Position numbers and translations under genes: made by a program. 19,998 nucleotides of DNA, taken from NCBI GenBank assembly GCA_019894975.1, contig JAGXNO010000054.1, positions 1 to 19,998 of the forward strand. Direction: 5' to 3'. The DNA is from Promethearchaeota archaeon. Lineage in GTDB: Archaea; Asgardarchaeota; Lokiarchaeia; Sigyniarchaeales; SOKP01. Below the pieces are notes generated by a model. It had not been told where the DNA came from, searched no databases, and saw only the letters and a program-made list of their open reading frames with translations. Numbering within the stretch: position 1 is the stretch's first letter; every line of letters starts with the position of its first letter. Of this stretch, positions 16,410 through 19,998 are shown one piece after another.

Positions 16410-17948
16410 TTGAATATAAGAAAAAGAATGTCAAGAGGTTTTGCATTATTAATAATTTTATGTGCAACCATTGGAATTGCGAGTATTATTCAAATTAATA
16501 GTTTAAATTCATCTATAGACGATTTGGCAAACCATAAAATTGCAACTAATAATTATACTCATGAAGCTAAATTTCAATTGGAGAATATGTTTCAGGTCAT
16601 TACTCGATATGAAGATGGACTGACGACAGGGGCAGTTGTTGATTTTAATGAACAATATGGCTTAGCAATTGAAAATTTAGAGAATCTTAGAAAGTTAAAT
16701 CCTTCTTTGGGAATTGAAATATCTGAAATAATAGAAAGTGTTGATAGTATTTATAACTCTACCATGGATACATCTACGGGAATATTTTATCTTTTGGATT
16801 CATATTGCACTAATCTTACTATCATAGAAACAGAAATCACTAATACAGAATTAGACATCAGCGATCTGATTTCATCTCAAAATAACATTAGCATGATTTT
16901 TAATGCTACAGAAGTGATGCTTAACTTCAAAACCCAAGATAATCTAATCCATGAATATATCAACACCCCAACAAATGCCGAAAGATTTTCACTACGAGTA
17001 GAGTTTGTAGGTTTAGGAAATAGTTTTACAAGTACCTTACAGGAGATAATCAATAGTCCAAATGGTAAAAATAAGACAATAGCGTCTGATATTAGTACTT
17101 GGTTCTCCACAAATTTTTATCCAATCGTTCTTACTGACATAGATTCTTTATTTCTGTTAGTTAATTCTTATTTTGATCAAAAGGAATATGTTGGTATCCA
17201 AGAGGCTCTAATCGGGATCTATTTAGATACTATAGAACCTATAATGGAAACAAAAGTTGCCAATAGTATTAATCAGGCAAAGATAAACTCGATACTCTCA
17301 TTTGTTATAGTTATTGTAATTATGGTCGTAACGACTGTTATTGGTATTGCAGTGGCAATCCCTACAACTAAAGGGATTACAAAAGTAAATGAAAGTATGG
17401 AAAAGATTATTAAGGCCGGTTCTGAAGCAAGTATCAATGTAGCTAACATGGCAACAGAATTATCCGCAAGTGCTAGCGAAGTTAATGCTGCTGCAGAAGA
17501 AATTGCTACTTCAACTCGACAGGTAGCCTCTGAAAGCACTGAAGTTATGGATTCTTCAGCTGAAATCAAAAATATTGTTGAATTAATAGTAAGTATTTCA
17601 GAACAAACTAACTTATTGGCTCTAAACGCAAGTATTGAAGCAGCTAGAGCTGGTGAGGTTGGTCGAGGGTTGGCTGTTGTCGCTGATGAAGTAAGAAAAC
17701 TTGCTGAAGAATCTAAAAATGCTGTACTGAGTACTAGTTTAGCTTTAGCAATTATAATAGATAAGATCAAATCATCTAACTTATCCATCCAAGAAATAAG
17801 TACTTCAGCTGAGGAACAAACAGCATCAATGGAAGAAGTAGCTGCAACCGCAAATAAACTAGGCTCTTTAGCAGAGATTTTGAAAAATGAGATGATAAAA
17901 TCTCAGGTTATTGAAAGCAAAGCAGAAAAACAAAAAATCAAGAAATAA
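16410..17948 (+). CDS. Methyl-accepting chemotaxis protein-like transmembrane receptor
   Basis: TM1 near the N-terminus, a helical extracellular region, TM2, and the signalling hairpin [40 protein letters not shown]; TTG start with AGGTG RBS-like motif. Confidence 0.9.
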   Translation: MNIRKRMSRGFALLIILCATIGIASIIQINSLNSSIDDLANHKIATNNYTHEAKFQLENMFQVITRYEDGLTTGAVVDFNEQYGLAIENLENLRKLNPSLGIEISEIIESVDSIYNSTMDTSTGIFYLLDSYCTNLTIIETEITNTELDISDLISSQNNISMIFNATEVMLNFKTQDNLIHEYINTPTNAERFSLRVEFVGLGNSFTSTLQEIINSPNGKNKTIASDISTWFSTNFYPIVLTDIDSLFLLVNSYFDQKEYVGIQEALIGIYLDTIEPIMETKVANSINQAKINSILSFVIVIVIMVVTTVIGIAVAIPTTKGITKVNESMEKIIKAGSEASINVANMATELSASASEVNAAAEEIATSTRQVASESTEVMDSSAEIKNIVELIVSISEQTNLLALNASIEAARAGEVGRGLAVVADEVRKLAEESKNAVLSTSLALAIIIDKIKSSNLSIQEISTSAEEQTASMEEVAATANKLGSLAEILKNEMIKSQVIESKAEKQKIKK

Positions 17949-17949
17949 C

Positions 17950-18666
17950 TTATTTCTTCTTTTTCCACCAATGTGGAATATCTAATTTCTTAAATTGCCC
18001 ATAATCTAATAGAAGAATATGTTCCTCTTCGAGAGTAAAGGCAAATCCCCCATTAAAGAATACCCATCTTTTGTCGGGAGGAACTGCAAACCATCCAAAT
18101 TTTAAAGTCATCACATGCCAATCATGAGTGACATAAATATTTATACCTCTCTGAGGGGCATCTTTAAGTTGATTCCAAATAAGATGAGCCGCATTTTGAG
18201 TGTACTCAATAAAGGGGGTCCATTCTTCCGGAAGATAAAAACCTGAAGCCCAACGAAGCAATATTTCCCTAAAATCGAATTTTAAAAATTGATCCGCATA
18301 AGATTGATTACCAATTCCAATCTCATAAAGAGAAGAAAGCTCTCCTAACAGATCACTTTTCCCACCTATGCTTTTAAAACCCTCATGGATATTTTCAGCC
18401 GTTTCTTGGCATCTCCAGATTTTACTGTGAAATAATCTAATAGGTCTGTTAGTAGGCAATCTTTCACCAAATTTTTTTGCGATAGCATGACCCTTAGGTG
18501 TCAATCTTAATTTGTGTATTTTTTCCATGACTGTTGGCTCATTCCTATGAGAATGCCTTAAAACTAAGATTATTTTTGAATCTTTTGGAAATTTCTCAAG
18601 ATTATCTATAATAGCCCTAGCATGAGTAGTCCACTCTTCCTCTTTCCAGATTTTTTCAACATTCAT
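17950..18666 (-). CDS. Histidine phosphatase superfamily protein
   Basis: LVLRHSHR (RHG-like), LTPKG, HSKIWRCQETA, YVTHD. Confidence 0.85.
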   Translation of the reverse strand: MNVEKIWKEEEWTTHARAIIDNLEKFPKDSKIILVLRHSHRNEPTVMEKIHKLRLTPKGHAIAKKFGERLPTNRPIRLFHSKIWRCQETAENIHEGFKSIGGKSDLLGELSSLYEIGIGNQSYADQFLKFDFREILLRWASGFYLPEEWTPFIEYTQNAAHLIWNQLKDAPQRGINIYVTHDWHVMTLKFGWFAVPPDKRWVFFNGGFAFTLEEEHILLLDYGQFKKLDIPHWWKKKK

Positions 18667-18750
18667 TGTGATTAAAATGAGAATTTTTTTATTGGAAAAA
18701 TTAAGAAAAAGATATGAATTTATTCATTCTGAAATATCACATAGGGAGAG

Positions 18751-19698
18751 TTAGGTATCAATAGAAATACCAAGATCTTTCAACAATGGAGTTAAAAAGC
18801 TATTTGTAAAATCCTTAATTCCTAATATAATTCCTAGGTATAATTGTAAGAAACTCTGGATCTCATGGTTAATTTTTTCGATTTCAATAAATTCATATTC
18901 AGGTTCAATTTCAATTTTGTCTAAATCTAAAGGCTTTAAATGTTTCATAACCAAATAAAACATAAATTTGTTATAAGAAGTTTCGATGGTGCTTTGTTCT
19001 TCATCAATTAATTCATGAGTTTCATGAACAATGACATTCCTTAATGCTCTTATACTCTGAATCAATCTTTCTAGATCCTCAGGCAATTTTAGCTCTAGAA
19101 TTTTCTCTACCATATCTTTATTTTTATAATCCTCAACTTGAGCGTTGCAATAATCCTCTAGGTTTGAATAAAATTTGATTAAGAATTTAAAAGTGTCAAA
19201 ATTTTTGTTATTCTTCCACTCGCGGTAAGGAGTGCCCCAGTTTGCAAAATCTATTTCATCTAATGCATTTTTAATCTTGTTATTAATATCGTCAACCTTT
19301 TTAATGAAATAATCTAAGTAGTCCATATAGGGTTTCTCTTGAGGAACGAAACTATATTTATAGGTCTTACCAAATTCTTTAAAAGCACCCCATTTCTTTA
19401 TTAGGGATGTATCTTCTAATATCTCCTTTTTTCCCACTTCAGCAGCAAACTTGATTATAAAACCGCATTCAGGACAATACGTTACCCATGAGCCTTTAAT
19501 CGATGAATATGGTTTAACTACAACTTGATGTTTTTCATTCTGAAAATTCGTTAGTTCACCTTTGGATTCAATCGCATCAAAATTGGTTTTTTCATGATGA
19601 AAGGCTTCAGGAATGAATTCATAATTACAAAGAGGGCATTTAATTCGTTGACTGGAAGAAAGATTTTTCTTTGCCATGAAACATTTCTCCTCTGACAT
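18751..19698 (-). CDS. Hypothetical protein: N-terminal Zn-binding module (CPLC...CPEC) plus C-terminal helical HEPN-like domain
   Basis: 315-aa ORF with two CxxC pairs; IQSIRALRNVIVHE carries an RxxxxH motif at the end of an amphipathic helix. The CDS is solid, the HEPN call is tentative. Confidence 0.6.
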   Translation of the reverse strand: MSEEKCFMAKKNLSSSQRIKCPLCNYEFIPEAFHHEKTNFDAIESKGELTNFQNEKHQVVVKPYSSIKGSWVTYCPECGFIIKFAAEVGKKEILEDTSLIKKWGAFKEFGKTYKYSFVPQEKPYMDYLDYFIKKVDDINNKIKNALDEIDFANWGTPYREWKNNKNFDTFKFLIKFYSNLEDYCNAQVEDYKNKDMVEKILELKLPEDLERLIQSIRALRNVIVHETHELIDEEQSTIETSYNKFMFYLVMKHLKPLDLDKIEIEPEYEFIEIEKINHEIQSFLQLYLGIILGIKDFTNSFLTPLLKDLGISIDT

Positions 19699-19769
19699 TA
19701 ATTAAATAGAAATTTACTCAATTAGATAAGAAATCTTCATATATTAGGTTTATTGAATATTTAGTAGAA

Positions 19770-19997
19770 TTATGATTTCTTTTTTTTCAACATCTTTTCC
19801 CATGAATATAGGTTAGGATGATTTTCGACATCAATATATGCAACTAAAAAGAGAATAACTGCTAGAATAATATTTGTGAAACCGATTAATTGATAGGAAT
19901 TTAAGTATATAAATCCTAGGAAAACTCCACCCAACTGTAGATAAGCAGTTGCTATTAAAGGGCTTATTGTTTGAGAAATCGATTGAACGTTGGTAGT
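19770..19997 (-). CDS. C-terminal end of a membrane protein, probably an MFS transporter (partial)
   Basis: Not in the ORF track. My translation is TTNVQSISQTISPLIATAYLQLGGVFLGFIYLNSYQLIGFTNIILAVILFLVAYIDVENHPNLYSWEKMLKKKKS*, resembling the last two helices of an MFS permease. Confidence 0.6.
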   Translation of the reverse strand, partial: TTNVQSISQTISPLIATAYLQLGGVFLGFIYLNSYQLIGFTNIILAVILFLVAYIDVENHPNLYSWEKMLKKKKS

Positions 19998-19998
19998 C

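Noticed and set aside
11154-17788. Other small ORFs overlapping real genes (11154..11390, 11652..11924, 12168..12437, 14366..14557, 15348..15563, 15993..16205, 16877..17110, 17273..17788)
   Set aside because: They are antisense or out-of-frame overlaps with well-supported genes and carry no recognisable motifs.

Overview
AT-rich, gene-dense archaeal-style window, most consistent with an Asgard archaeon (Lokiarchaeia-like). This is inferred from a longin-like protein, a tandem PH/GRAM-like protein, a short orphan MCP, GGTGA/GGAGG ribosome-binding motifs and TTTATA-type promoter boxes. Left to right it holds: the 5' part of grpE, preceded by a ~50-codon dnaK relic; three paralogous Fe-S/FMN/FAD Old Yellow Enzyme-type oxidoreductases (FadH/BaiCD-like) sharing unusual active-site, Fe-S and nucleotide-binding motifs; a dsrEFH/tusDCB-like trio; a membrane-anchored beta-propeller protein; a PH/GRAM-like x2 + Zn-ribbon protein; an arsM methyltransferase with a Cys-rich MarR regulator and a candidate operator; a ~116-nt structured intergenic element; a longin-like protein; a PaaI thioesterase and an acyl-CoA ligase; an MCP-like receptor; a histidine phosphatase; a Zn-finger + HEPN-like (RxxxxH) protein; and the 3' end of a probable MFS transporter. 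I saw no rRNA, complete tRNA, CRISPR array or transposase. The best novelty candidates are the atypical flavoenzyme triad, the structured 12795-12910 element, the MarR-arsM module and the Zn-finger/HEPN-like protein. All family assignments are by motif recognition only; no searches were run.
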